The position numbers were made by a program, and so were the translations under genes. 64,000 bases of DNA from Rhodocyclaceae bacterium (GTDB lineage: Bacteria; Pseudomonadota; Gammaproteobacteria; Burkholderiales; Rhodocyclaceae): positions 3,757 through 67,756 of the forward strand of contig JBDHRL010000002.1 in NCBI GenBank assembly GCA_039807535.1, read 5' to 3'. The notes beneath the pieces are model-generated. The model was not told the DNA's origin, ran no database searches, and was given only the letters and a program-made list of their open reading frames with translations. Positions within the stretch are counted from its first letter, which is position 1; every line of letters starts with the position of its first letter. Positions 11,225 to 19,441 of the stretch are shown here, in pieces.

Positions 11225-12358
11225 CTATGGCGATCGCCAGCCGCGCCAAAGGACGAGCATGCCGACGAGGGCGAAGACCGAGCCCATGGTGTAGGTGAAT
11301 TCCTCCCCCAGCGCGTCCCAGGCCCATCCGGAGAGCATGCCGCCAAGCATCCCGCCGGCGCCGAAGGACACGCTGCCATAGAGCGCCTGCCCGCGCGCCT
11401 GGTGGCGGCCGGAAAACCAGCGGTTGACGGTCGCCACCGCCGCGGCATGGTAAGCGCCGAACGTCGCCGCATGCAGCAACTGGGCGGCCAGCATTACCGC
11501 CAGCCACTCGACGCCCCGGCCGATCATGAGAAAGCGCGCCACGGCACAGGCGAAGCTGAAGAGGAGAATCGACCGCAGGGAAAACACGTGAAACAGACGC
11601 GGCAGGAAGAGAAAAACGATGATTTCCGCCACCACCCCCAGCGTCCACAGAAAGCCAACCATCGTCTTGCTGTAGCCGTGCGCGACCAGATAGATGGAAT
11701 AAAAGACATAGAGCGCGCCATGCGCCGCCGCCATGAAGAAGCAGGCGACGAAGAGCGCCTTCACCTCGCGCCGGCGCAGGATGTCGCCGATCGGCAGGCG
11801 GTCGGTCTCGTGCCGCTCTTCCGGTTTCTCCGGCAACGCTACCGCGCACACGAGAATGCCGCCGAGCAGTCCCAACGAGGCCCACAGGGCAGCCGCAAGC
11901 GGCAGGCGGTCGAGCAGCCAGCCCATTCCGAGGACGGCGGCGATAAAGCCAACCGAACCCCACAGGCGGATCGCGCCATAGCGGCTGGCCCGTGCGCCGA
12001 GATGGGTGAAGGTCAAGGCCTCCACCAGCGGCAGCGAAGCGCTCCAGAAGAAGGCCAGCAGCGCCATGCCGGCAAAGAACCCGGTGAAACTCTGCGTGAA
12101 GAAAAAGCAGGAAAAACCGACGAGGCTCATCAGCGCCGATCCGCGCACGATCGGCGTCTTGGCGCCCACATGGTCGGCCAGCCACCCCCAAAGGCTCGGC
12201 GCCAGAACGCGCATGACCTGCATGAGAGACATCAGCACGCCGATGTCCCAGGCCGAGAATCGCAAGGACTGCAGGTAGAGGGCGAAGTAGGGGAAAAAGC
12301 CGCCGATGAAGGCGAAGTAGAAAAAGTAGTAAGCCGACAGGCGCCAGTAGGGAACCAC
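11225..12358 (-). CDS. MFS transporter (HcaT/MFS_1-like)
   Basis: 377 aa with about 12 hydrophobic segments; YGAIRLWGSVGF motif; downstream of aroC. Confidence 0.85.
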   Translation of the reverse strand: MVPYWRLSAYYFFYFAFIGGFFPYFALYLQSLRFSAWDIGVLMSLMQVMRVLAPSLWGWLADHVGAKTPIVRGSALMSLVGFSCFFFTQSFTGFFAGMALLAFFWSASLPLVEALTFTHLGARASRYGAIRLWGSVGFIAAVLGMGWLLDRLPLAAALWASLGLLGGILVCAVALPEKPEERHETDRLPIGDILRRREVKALFVACFFMAAAHGALYVFYSIYLVAHGYSKTMVGFLWTLGVVAEIIVFLFLPRLFHVFSLRSILLFSFACAVARFLMIGRGVEWLAVMLAAQLLHAATFGAYHAAAVATVNRWFSGRHQARGQALYGSVSFGAGGMLGGMLSGWAWDALGEEFTYTMGSVFALVGMLVLWRGWRSP

Positions 12359-12398
12359 GAGGCGATGCGCAGGCGCCGTTACAAGTTCTTGCGGACCG

Positions 12399-13553
12399 TC
12401 AGGCCTCGTCCGGCTCGGGGTTTTCGACCGCGGCGCCGCGCGGCCCGGTCGCCCGCGGCGCGCTTGCCGCGATCTTCGGCGTCGGGCAGATCACGTCGCC
12501 GCACTGCGCGCGATGGCGCAGGGCATGGTCCATCAGCACCAGCGCCAGCATGGCTTCCGCCACCGGCGTGGCGCGGATAGCGACACAAGGGTCGTGGCGG
12601 CCGTGGGTTTCCACCGTGACGGGGCGGCCCTGCAGGTCGATGGAGCGGCGCTGCAGGCGGATGCTGGAAGTCGGCTTGACAGCGATGTGCACCACGACGT
12701 CCTGGCCGCTGGAGATGCCGCCGAGCGTGCCGCCGGCGTTGTTGGAGAGAAAACCTTCCCGCGTCAGTTCGTCGGAATGCTCGGTGCCTTTCTGCGTCAC
12801 GGCTGCAAAGCCGGCGCCAATCTCGACGCCCTTCACGGCATTGATGCCCATCATGGCGTAGGCGATGTCTGCATCCAGCCGGTCGTACACCGGTTCGCCC
12901 CACCCGACCGGCACGTTCCCGGCAACGACGGTGACCTTGCCACCGACCGAATCGCCCGACTTGCGCAGGGCGTCCATATGCTCTTCCAGCTTCGCCACGC
13001 TGTCCGGGTCGGCGGCGAAGAAGGGGTTGGCGTACACGCCTTCCCATGACTTGAACGGAATGGCGATCTGTCCGAGCTGCGACAGGCAACTGCGCACGAC
13101 GATGCCGTAGCGTTCGCGCAGCCACTTGCGCGCAATGGCGCCTGCGGCCACGCGCACCGCCGTCTCGCGCGCCGAGGCGCGGCCACCGCCGCGGTAGTCG
13201 CGAATGCCATATTTCTGCCAGTAGGTGTAATCGGCGTGGCCGGGCCGGAAAGTCCCGGCGATGTTGCCGTAGTCCTTGCTGCGCTGGTCTTCGTTGCGGA
13301 TGAGGAGCGCGATCGGCGTGCCCGTGCTGCGTCCCTCGAAGACGCCGGAGAGAATCTCGACCGTGTCGGATTCGCGCCGCTGCGTAACATGGCGTGAAGT
13401 GCCGGGTTTGCGCCGATCCAGTTCGACCTGGATGTCCGCCTCGGAAAGTTCAAGCCCCGGCGGACAGCCATCCACCACGCAGCCTATGGCCGGGCCGTGC
13501 GATTCGCCAAAGGAAGTGACACAGAAGAGTTTGCCGAGGGTGTTGCCGGACAT
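12399..13553 (-). CDS. aroC: Chorismate synthase
   Basis: [33 protein letters not shown]. Confidence 0.98.
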   Translation of the reverse strand: MSGNTLGKLFCVTSFGESHGPAIGCVVDGCPPGLELSEADIQVELDRRKPGTSRHVTQRRESDTVEILSGVFEGRSTGTPIALLIRNEDQRSKDYGNIAGTFRPGHADYTYWQKYGIRDYRGGGRASARETAVRVAAGAIARKWLRERYGIVVRSCLSQLGQIAIPFKSWEGVYANPFFAADPDSVAKLEEHMDALRKSGDSVGGKVTVVAGNVPVGWGEPVYDRLDADIAYAMMGINAVKGVEIGAGFAAVTQKGTEHSDELTREGFLSNNAGGTLGGISSGQDVVVHIAVKPTSSIRLQRRSIDLQGRPVTVETHGRHDPCVAIRATPVAEAMLALVLMDHALRHRAQCGDVICPTPKIAASAPRATGPRGAAVENPEPDEA

Positions 13554-13561
13554 GGGCGTTT

Positions 13562-13590
13562 TTGAGATCGGTTCCGGACAAGTCTATCAT
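13562..13590 (+). promoter_or_regulatory. Putative sigma70 promoter for the small ORF at 13618
   Basis: TTGAGA (13562-13567), 17 nt, TATCAT (13585-13590). Confidence 0.5.
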
Positions 13591-13617
13591 GGGAACTTTA
13601 CCGGCTTTTTCGACCCC

Positions 13618-13773
13618 ATGAGCAAAAGTCAGTCCCGGCAGCACGGCGCCAAGGCGCGGAAAAAGCCCGCGCCTGCCGCGCCCCCGCCCCCACCGCCGCA
13701 ACCGACGGCGCGCTGGCAGCGCACACAGCGTTATGCCTGGGATAAGGGAGGCGCCAAAGGCGGGCGCAAGTAA
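13618..13773 (+). CDS. Hypothetical small basic/Pro-rich protein (51 aa)
   Basis: MSKSQSRQHGAKARKKPAPAAPPPPPPQPTARWQRTQRYAWDKGGAKGGRK*; promoter-like motif upstream and hairpin downstream; no clear SD. Confidence 0.45.
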   Translation: MSKSQSRQHGAKARKKPAPAAPPPPPPQPTARWQRTQRYAWDKGGAKGGRK

Positions 13774-13850
13774 AGCGGGAGGCGCCAAGGGCGGACGCAA
13801 GTAAAGCGGAGGCGCCAAGGGCGGGCGCAAGCAAAGCGGGAGGCGCCAAG
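13746..13850 (+). repeat. Tandem repeat, about 3.4 copies of a 30-31 bp unit
   Basis: Consensus GGGAGGCGCCAAGGGCGGGCGCAAGTAAAGC at 13746-13776, 13777-13807, 13808-13837, partial 13838-13850. Confidence 0.9.
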
Positions 13851-13863
13851 CGCATGCAGCGAA

Positions 13864-13885
13864 AAGGGCCGCTTTCGCGGCCCTT
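13864..13885. terminator. Hairpin terminator between convergent small ORF and fadD
   Basis: AAGGGCCGC-TTTC-GCGGCCCTT, flanked by an A run on the left and TTGTT on the right. Confidence 0.7.
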
Positions 13886-13905
13886 GTTCGTGGCGCCGGG
13901 AATCC

Positions 13906-15576
13906 TCAGGCCTTGGCCACGGTCTCGTCGCGCAGGGCGCGGCGCAGGATCTTGCCGACGTTGGTCTTCGGCAGTTCGGCGCGGAACTCGACCAGCCTGG
14001 GCACCTTGTAGCCGGTGAGATTCTCCTTGCAGTGCGCGATCAGCGCCTCCGCGGTCAGGGCCGGGTCCTTCTTGACGATGAAGATCTTCACCGCCTCGCC
14101 CGACTTCTCGTCCGGCACGCCGACCGCCGCCACCTCCAGCACGCCCGGGTGCATGGCGACCACCGCCTCGATTTCGTTCGGATAGACGTTGAAGCCGGAG
14201 ACCAGAATCATGTCCTTCTTGCGGTCGACAATGCGCACGAAGCCCTTCTCGTCCATCACGCCGACGTCGCCGGTGCGCAGGTAGCCGTCGGGCATGATGA
14301 CCTTGGCGGTCTCCTCCGGGCGATTGTAGTAGCCGCGCATCACCTGCGGGCCGTGCACGCAGATCTCGCCGACCTCGCCGATCGCCAGATTGTTGCCGGC
14401 GTCGTCGCGGATGGTGACCTCGGTCGAGGACACCGGCAGGCCGATGGCGCCGTTGTACTCCTTCAGGTCGAGCGGGTTGATGGTCGCCGCCGGCGAGGTC
14501 TCGGTCAGGCCGTAGGCTTCGATCAGCGGAATGCCGGTGACCTGCTTCCACTTGTCCGCCACCGCCTTCTGCACCGCCATGCCGCCGCCCAGGGCGACCT
14601 TCAGCCTGCCGAAATCCAGCTTGACGAAATCCGGGTCGTTGAGCAGTGCGTTGAACAGGGTGTTCACGCCGGTGATCACATCGAAGGGGTGTTTCTGCAA
14701 TTCCTTGACGAAGCCGGGAATGTCGCGCGGATTGGTGATGAGCAGATTGCTCCAGCCGATCTTGAGGAAGGTCAGGCAGTTCGCCGTCAGGGCGAAGATG
14801 TGATAGAGCGGCAGCGCGGTGACGACGGTGCCGGTCTCCGGCATGAAGGGCTTCAGCCAGGCATGCGCCTGCTGCAGGTTGGCGATGATGTTGCGGTGGG
14901 TCAGCATGGCGCCCTTCGACACGCCCGTCGTGCCGCCGGTGTATTGCAGGAAGGCGATATCCTCGTGGCCGACATCGACCGGCTTGTAGTCGAGGCGCGC
15001 CCCGCGCGCCAGGATGTCGTTGAACCGCACCGATCCCGGCAGGCTCCAGGCGGGCACCATCTTCTTGACGTGCCTGACGACGAAATTGACGATGGCACCC
15101 TTGGGAAAACCGAGCATGTCGCCCAGGCTGGTGACGATGACGTGCTTCAGGGGCGTGTTGGCGATGCATTCCTGCAGCACGCTGGCGAAGTTCTCGACGA
15201 TGACGATCGCCTCGGCGCCGGAGTCCTTCAACTGGTGCTCCAGCTCGCGCGGCGTGTAGAGCGGATTGCAGTTCACCACCGTGAAGCCGCCGCGCAGGAT
15301 GCCGTAGATGCATACCGGATCCTGCAGCAGATTGGGCATCATCACGGCGACACGGGCGCCCTTTTGCAGGCCGAGGGACTGCAGGTAGGCGGCAAAATCG
15401 CGAGTATGGCCGTCCAGTTCGCCATAGGTGATCGACTTGCCCATGTTGGTGTAGGCCACGCGGTCGCGGAACTTGCTCACGCTGCGGTCGAACAACTGGC
15501 CGATCGACTTGAATTCGTTGACGTCGATCTCCGCCGGCACGCCGGCGGGATAGCTCTTCAGCCAGGTTTTTTCCAT
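13906..15576 (-). CDS. fadD: Long-chain fatty acid--CoA ligase
   Basis: [65 protein letters not shown]. Confidence 0.93.
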   Translation of the reverse strand: MEKTWLKSYPAGVPAEIDVNEFKSIGQLFDRSVSKFRDRVAYTNMGKSITYGELDGHTRDFAAYLQSLGLQKGARVAVMMPNLLQDPVCIYGILRGGFTVVNCNPLYTPRELEHQLKDSGAEAIVIVENFASVLQECIANTPLKHVIVTSLGDMLGFPKGAIVNFVVRHVKKMVPAWSLPGSVRFNDILARGARLDYKPVDVGHEDIAFLQYTGGTTGVSKGAMLTHRNIIANLQQAHAWLKPFMPETGTVVTALPLYHIFALTANCLTFLKIGWSNLLITNPRDIPGFVKELQKHPFDVITGVNTLFNALLNDPDFVKLDFGRLKVALGGGMAVQKAVADKWKQVTGIPLIEAYGLTETSPAATINPLDLKEYNGAIGLPVSSTEVTIRDDAGNNLAIGEVGEICVHGPQVMRGYYNRPEETAKVIMPDGYLRTGDVGVMDEKGFVRIVDRKKDMILVSGFNVYPNEIEAVVAMHPGVLEVAAVGVPDEKSGEAVKIFIVKKDPALTAEALIAHCKENLTGYKVPRLVEFRAELPKTNVGKILRRALRDETVAKA

Positions 15577-15609
15577 TTCCCCTCCTGAGGTTTGGTATCG
15601 TTTGAGAGC

Positions 15610-15631
15610 CGCCGCGCAGCGCTGCGCGGCG
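15610..15631. repeat. Perfect 22-bp palindrome upstream of fadD
   Basis: CGCCGCGCAGC|GCTGCGCGGCG with no loop. Confidence 0.6.
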
Positions 15632-15650
15632 CACGGACACGGAACAAAGA

Positions 15651-16100
15651 TCAGCTTCCGCCCGTTTCGGCGGGCCAGTCGCGAATGTAGGCCTTCAGCA
15701 TGCGGTTCTCGAAGCCCTGCTCCTCGAGAACGGCTTTGGCCACGTCGTGGAAAGAGATGACGCCCATCAGTGTGGTGCCATCCATCACCGGCAGGTAGCG
15801 CATGTGGTGATCGATCATCATGCGGCGCAGGTCGTCTATTTCGACTTCCGGGTCAGCCGCCACGGGCTCGCGTACCATGACGCCGGAAACGGACAGACTG
15901 CCCCAGGCCGCGCCGCCTTGCTGCACCGCCCTGAGTACTTCGCGGAAGGTCAGCATGCCGACCATGCGCCCGCCCTCGAACACGACGAGAGAACCGATGT
16001 CCTGTTCGGTCATGATCGCTATGGCGTCTGCCAGAGACTTGCCTGGCGCGATTGTGAACAGGGCCTGTCCCTTGACTGCGAGAATTTCCCGGACTTGCAT
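15651..16100 (-). CDS. CBS domain-pair protein
   Basis: [11 protein letters not shown]...IGSLVV...GMLTFREV...MRYLPV...[10 protein letters not shown]. Confidence 0.9.
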   Translation of the reverse strand: MQVREILAVKGQALFTIAPGKSLADAIAIMTEQDIGSLVVFEGGRMVGMLTFREVLRAVQQGGAAWGSLSVSGVMVREPVAADPEVEIDDLRRMMIDHHMRYLPVMDGTTLMGVISFHDVAKAVLEEQGFENRMLKAYIRDWPAETGGS

Positions 16101-16135
16101 GTTGGCCTCCCGATTGGCGAACGGCTTGTTCCATC

Positions 16136-19100
16136 TTAGTCGATTGGCCTGTTTCGCGAAAGAGCATGGGGCTCGACCTCCATCAGCTCCCCGGTGCCGA
16201 ACACCAGACCGCAACGTACCGGCCTGCCCGGGAAAAGGGCCATGATGGCAGCGCGGTAGCCTTCCATTTGCGCACGGTAGGCTTCCAGCATGCCTGTATC
16301 CGGCCGGCCGCTCTTGTAGTCCAGCACCCAGTAGCCTTCCGCCGTCTCGACCAGGCGATCGATCCGCCCCACTCCGCCCTCGGGCAAGGCGAACTCGACC
16401 TCGTTCAGCGCCCGCAAGTGGCCGGCAGGATCGAAGAATGCCCTCAGCCGCGGCGCCGCGAGAATGGCCTGGGCCGCCTTGCGCAGTTCCGGCCAGTCGG
16501 CCGCCGGGATGCCCGGGGGGGTGTTTACGGCATCACCGCCCGAGCTGAGCCGGTCGAGGGCGGCATGCAGCCGCATGCCATACGCCATGCCGGCGCTCGA
16601 TGCCTCTCGCCGCCGTCCTGCCGGCGTTGGAGCAACAGTCCGGGGCAACCCGGCCCGGCCTGCCGGCGACGATGCGGGCGGCATGGCTTCGGCCAGCGCC
16701 GGCTGCTCCCCGTGGATGCCCCCGCTGCCGCCGAGCGTGCCAATCGCCGCAGCGATGCGCGCCCAATCGCTGGTTTTCGTCGCGCCCCGTTCCGAATCGA
16801 TCCCGCTGGCGAAGAAGAACTGGCGCGCGCGTGTCATCGCCACGTAGAGCAGGTTGAGTTCCTCCCGCGCGGCATGCGCGGCCTCGGCCTCGATCAGCGC
16901 GGTACGGCGCTCCCCGCATTCACCCTTGCGGCCGAGAACGGACAGGTGCGCGGGCCGCGTCGCGTCGGGCGGCCAGTCCAGCAGCACCGACCAGGCGTCG
17001 GCGGGCTGGTGCGTATGGTTGGCGTCGATCAGCCAGACGATCGGCGCTTCCAGTCCCTTGGCGCCGTGGATGGTCAGGATGCGCACGCGATCGCCGGCTT
17101 CCGCCGCATGGATCGTGCCTTCGTCGGGTGCATCTTCGTCTCCGGCCGCGCCCAGGCGCGAGAGCTCGTCGAGGAAGCGCGGCAGGCTCGGATAGCGTCC
17201 GGCATCGAGGCGCAGGGCCAGTGCGATGTAGGCTTCGAGATTGGCGGCCACGCCCGGCCACAGGGCCGCCGGCGCGGCCGCGCGATAGCGCTCCGGCAGA
17301 TCCCCTTCGTGATAGATACGATCGAGCAGGTCGTGGACGGGCAATCGCGCGGCAGTGGCGCGCCAGCCTGCCAGCAGCCGTCCGGCGCGAACCAGCAGCG
17401 GCGAAGCCACGCCTTCCCGCACGCTCGCCTGCAGCCGCTGCCACCAGTTCGGTTCGCTGCGCGCGGCCAGGTGCAGGAGGTCCCCGTCGCTCGCGCCAAG
17501 CACGGGCGAGCGCAGGGCATGGGCCAGGGCCAGGTCGTCCGCGGTGGCCACCAGGCAGCGCAGCAGCGCCGTCAGATCGGCCGCTTCGAGGGTGCGCAGC
17601 AGGCCGCCGCGGCCAACGCTGAGATAAGGGATGCTCGCGGCGCGCAACGCATGTTCGAACTCGGGCAGGATGCTGCGCCGGCGTGTCAGCACCATGATGT
17701 CGCCATGGCGCGCCGGCCTCGCCGCACCGCTTTCCTTGTCCACGACCGACCAGCGGCCGACGATCTCTCCGATGCGCGCCGCCAGCAGTTCCGCTTCCTG
17801 GCGGCGGCGCCCGTCCTCGGCCGTCCCCTGGGGCGTGATCAGCGGATTGCGCAAGGACGCGGACACGGCAGGAGCCCCTGCTTCCTTTTGCGCACACAGG
17901 GGCAACAGTTCGACCCGGCCGGGCAGATTCTCATCCGCGCTGCGGTGCGGACGGAAATGGGGGAAGAGCGGCTCGCCCTCGAAAATGCGGTTCACCACCT
18001 CGATGAGGCGCGGCGCATTGCGCCGCGTCACGTCGTTGGCCAGCTGCCGCGCCGCATACTCCGCATGCAGGAAGTCGGCGGCACAGTCGAATACGCGCGG
18101 CTCGGCGCGGCGGAAGCGATAGATGGACTGTTTCGGGTCGCCGACAACGAAGACGCGCGGACGTGCGGCATCCGGCGCGCCGTAGGCGCCCAGCCAGGCC
18201 AGCAGGATCCGCCACTGCAGCGGATTGGTGTCCTGGAATTCGTCGAGCAGGATGTGCCGGTAGCGCGCATCGAGCCGCGCCTGCAGGAAGGCGGCGCGCG
18301 ACTCGTCGGCCAGCATGCGCGAGACATGCCACTCGAGGTCGGCGAAGTCCATCAGCCGGCGCTCGCGCTTGTATTCCTCGATCGCCTCCATCCAGGCGGC
18401 GCCGACGGTCAGTGCATGCACATTCAGTTCGTAGGCCTGCTCCTCGCGCCGTGCGGCCAGCGTCGTCAGCACCCGCTCGCCCAACCAGCCATGCAGCTCC
18501 AGCAATCGGGCCGCGGCCGCGGCGCCCAGCCGTTTCTCGGCCTTTTTTGTCGGCTCGCGTTTGCGCAAGGTGCCTTCCTGGGTCAGCAGCGCGGCGCAAA
18601 CCAGATCGAAGCGTGCCTGCGCATCCGTCGCGGCGAAGGCCGATTCCAGCCTGGCCGCAGCCTGCAGGTCGCGATCGACGTCGCTGCGCCGCAGGATATT
18701 GGCGTACTCGCGGAGCTTGCGCATGAACAGCTCGTCGGCGGACAGCGCGTCGATGGCGGCGGGCGCATCGCCGACACCCAGGTATTCGCGCAGCCAGGCC
18801 AGGACCCGTATCGGCGCCCCCTCGCCGCCGCCCGCGTAAGCATGCCATTCGGCGCGGCGATCGGACAGCCGGAAGAGAAGCGATCGGGTCGCCTCCAGTC
18901 CTACCTGCTGCAGCAGCCAGAGCAGGGAGGCCGCGACCGCGTGGTCGCGCCGGCTGCAGTCTGCCGCGAAGCGCTGCCACACCTCTTCCTTCAGGCGGGC
19001 GCCCGCCTCGTGCAGCACGAAGCCGGCGAGATCGCTCGACAGCGGCGCGCCCTGCACGAGACGGGCGAACCAGCCATGAAAGGTGCTGACGGTCAGCGGC

Positions 19101-19441
19101 GGCTGGGCAGACAGCACTTGTTCATAAAGACTGCGCGCACGACCCATGGCGGCATCGATTTCCGCCGGCGGCAACATGCGCCGCAGAAGGAAATCGCGCA
19201 CCGCGTCGTCGCTGCCAACGGCCAGTTCGCGCAGCCAGCCGGCCAGGCGCTCCTCGATCTCGCGCGCCGCCTTGCGTGTGAACGTGATGGCGAGGATGTC
19301 GCCCGGCGCGGTGCCATCGAGCAGCAGGCGCAGGATGCGCGAGACCAGCAGCCAGGTCTTGCCGCTGCCGGCGCAGGCCTCCACCACGACCGACTGGCGC
19401 GGATCGAGGGCCTGGCGTATCAGGTCGTCCGCATCGTTCAT
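16136..19441 (-). CDS. addA: AddA-like UvrD helicase with C-terminal PD-(D/E)XK nuclease
   Basis: EACAGSGKT, ILLDEFQDT, VGDPKQSIYRFR, LTIHGAKGLE, YVAMTRAR, GRIDRL...VLDYKSG. Confidence 0.88.
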   Translation of the reverse strand: MNDADDLIRQALDPRQSVVVEACAGSGKTWLLVSRILRLLLDGTAPGDILAITFTRKAAREIEERLAGWLRELAVGSDDAVRDFLLRRMLPPAEIDAAMGRARSLYEQVLSAQPPLTVSTFHGWFARLVQGAPLSSDLAGFVLHEAGARLKEEVWQRFAADCSRRDHAVAASLLWLLQQVGLEATRSLLFRLSDRRAEWHAYAGGGEGAPIRVLAWLREYLGVGDAPAAIDALSADELFMRKLREYANILRRSDVDRDLQAAARLESAFAATDAQARFDLVCAALLTQEGTLRKREPTKKAEKRLGAAAAARLLELHGWLGERVLTTLAARREEQAYELNVHALTVGAAWMEAIEEYKRERRLMDFADLEWHVSRMLADESRAAFLQARLDARYRHILLDEFQDTNPLQWRILLAWLGAYGAPDAARPRVFVVGDPKQSIYRFRRAEPRVFDCAADFLHAEYAARQLANDVTRRNAPRLIEVVNRIFEGEPLFPHFRPHRSADENLPGRVELLPLCAQKEAGAPAVSASLRNPLITPQGTAEDGRRRQEAELLAARIGEIVGRWSVVDKESGAARPARHGDIMVLTRRRSILPEFEHALRAASIPYLSVGRGGLLRTLEAADLTALLRCLVATADDLALAHALRSPVLGASDGDLLHLAARSEPNWWQRLQASVREGVASPLLVRAGRLLAGWRATAARLPVHDLLDRIYHEGDLPERYRAAAPAALWPGVAANLEAYIALALRLDAGRYPSLPRFLDELSRLGAAGDEDAPDEGTIHAAEAGDRVRILTIHGAKGLEAPIVWLIDANHTHQPADAWSVLLDWPPDATRPAHLSVLGRKGECGERRTALIEAEAAHAAREELNLLYVAMTRARQFFFASGIDSERGATKTSDWARIAAAIGTLGGSGGIHGEQPALAEAMPPASSPAGRAGLPRTVAPTPAGRRREASSAGMAYGMRLHAALDRLSSGGDAVNTPPGIPAADWPELRKAAQAILAAPRLRAFFDPAGHLRALNEVEFALPEGGVGRIDRLVETAEGYWVLDYKSGRPDTGMLEAYRAQMEGYRAAIMALFPGRPVRCGLVFGTGELMEVEPHALSRNRPID

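Noticed and set aside
13746-13850. 31-bp repeats as a CRISPR array
   Set aside because: Units are head-to-tail with no unique spacers, and no cas genes are present.
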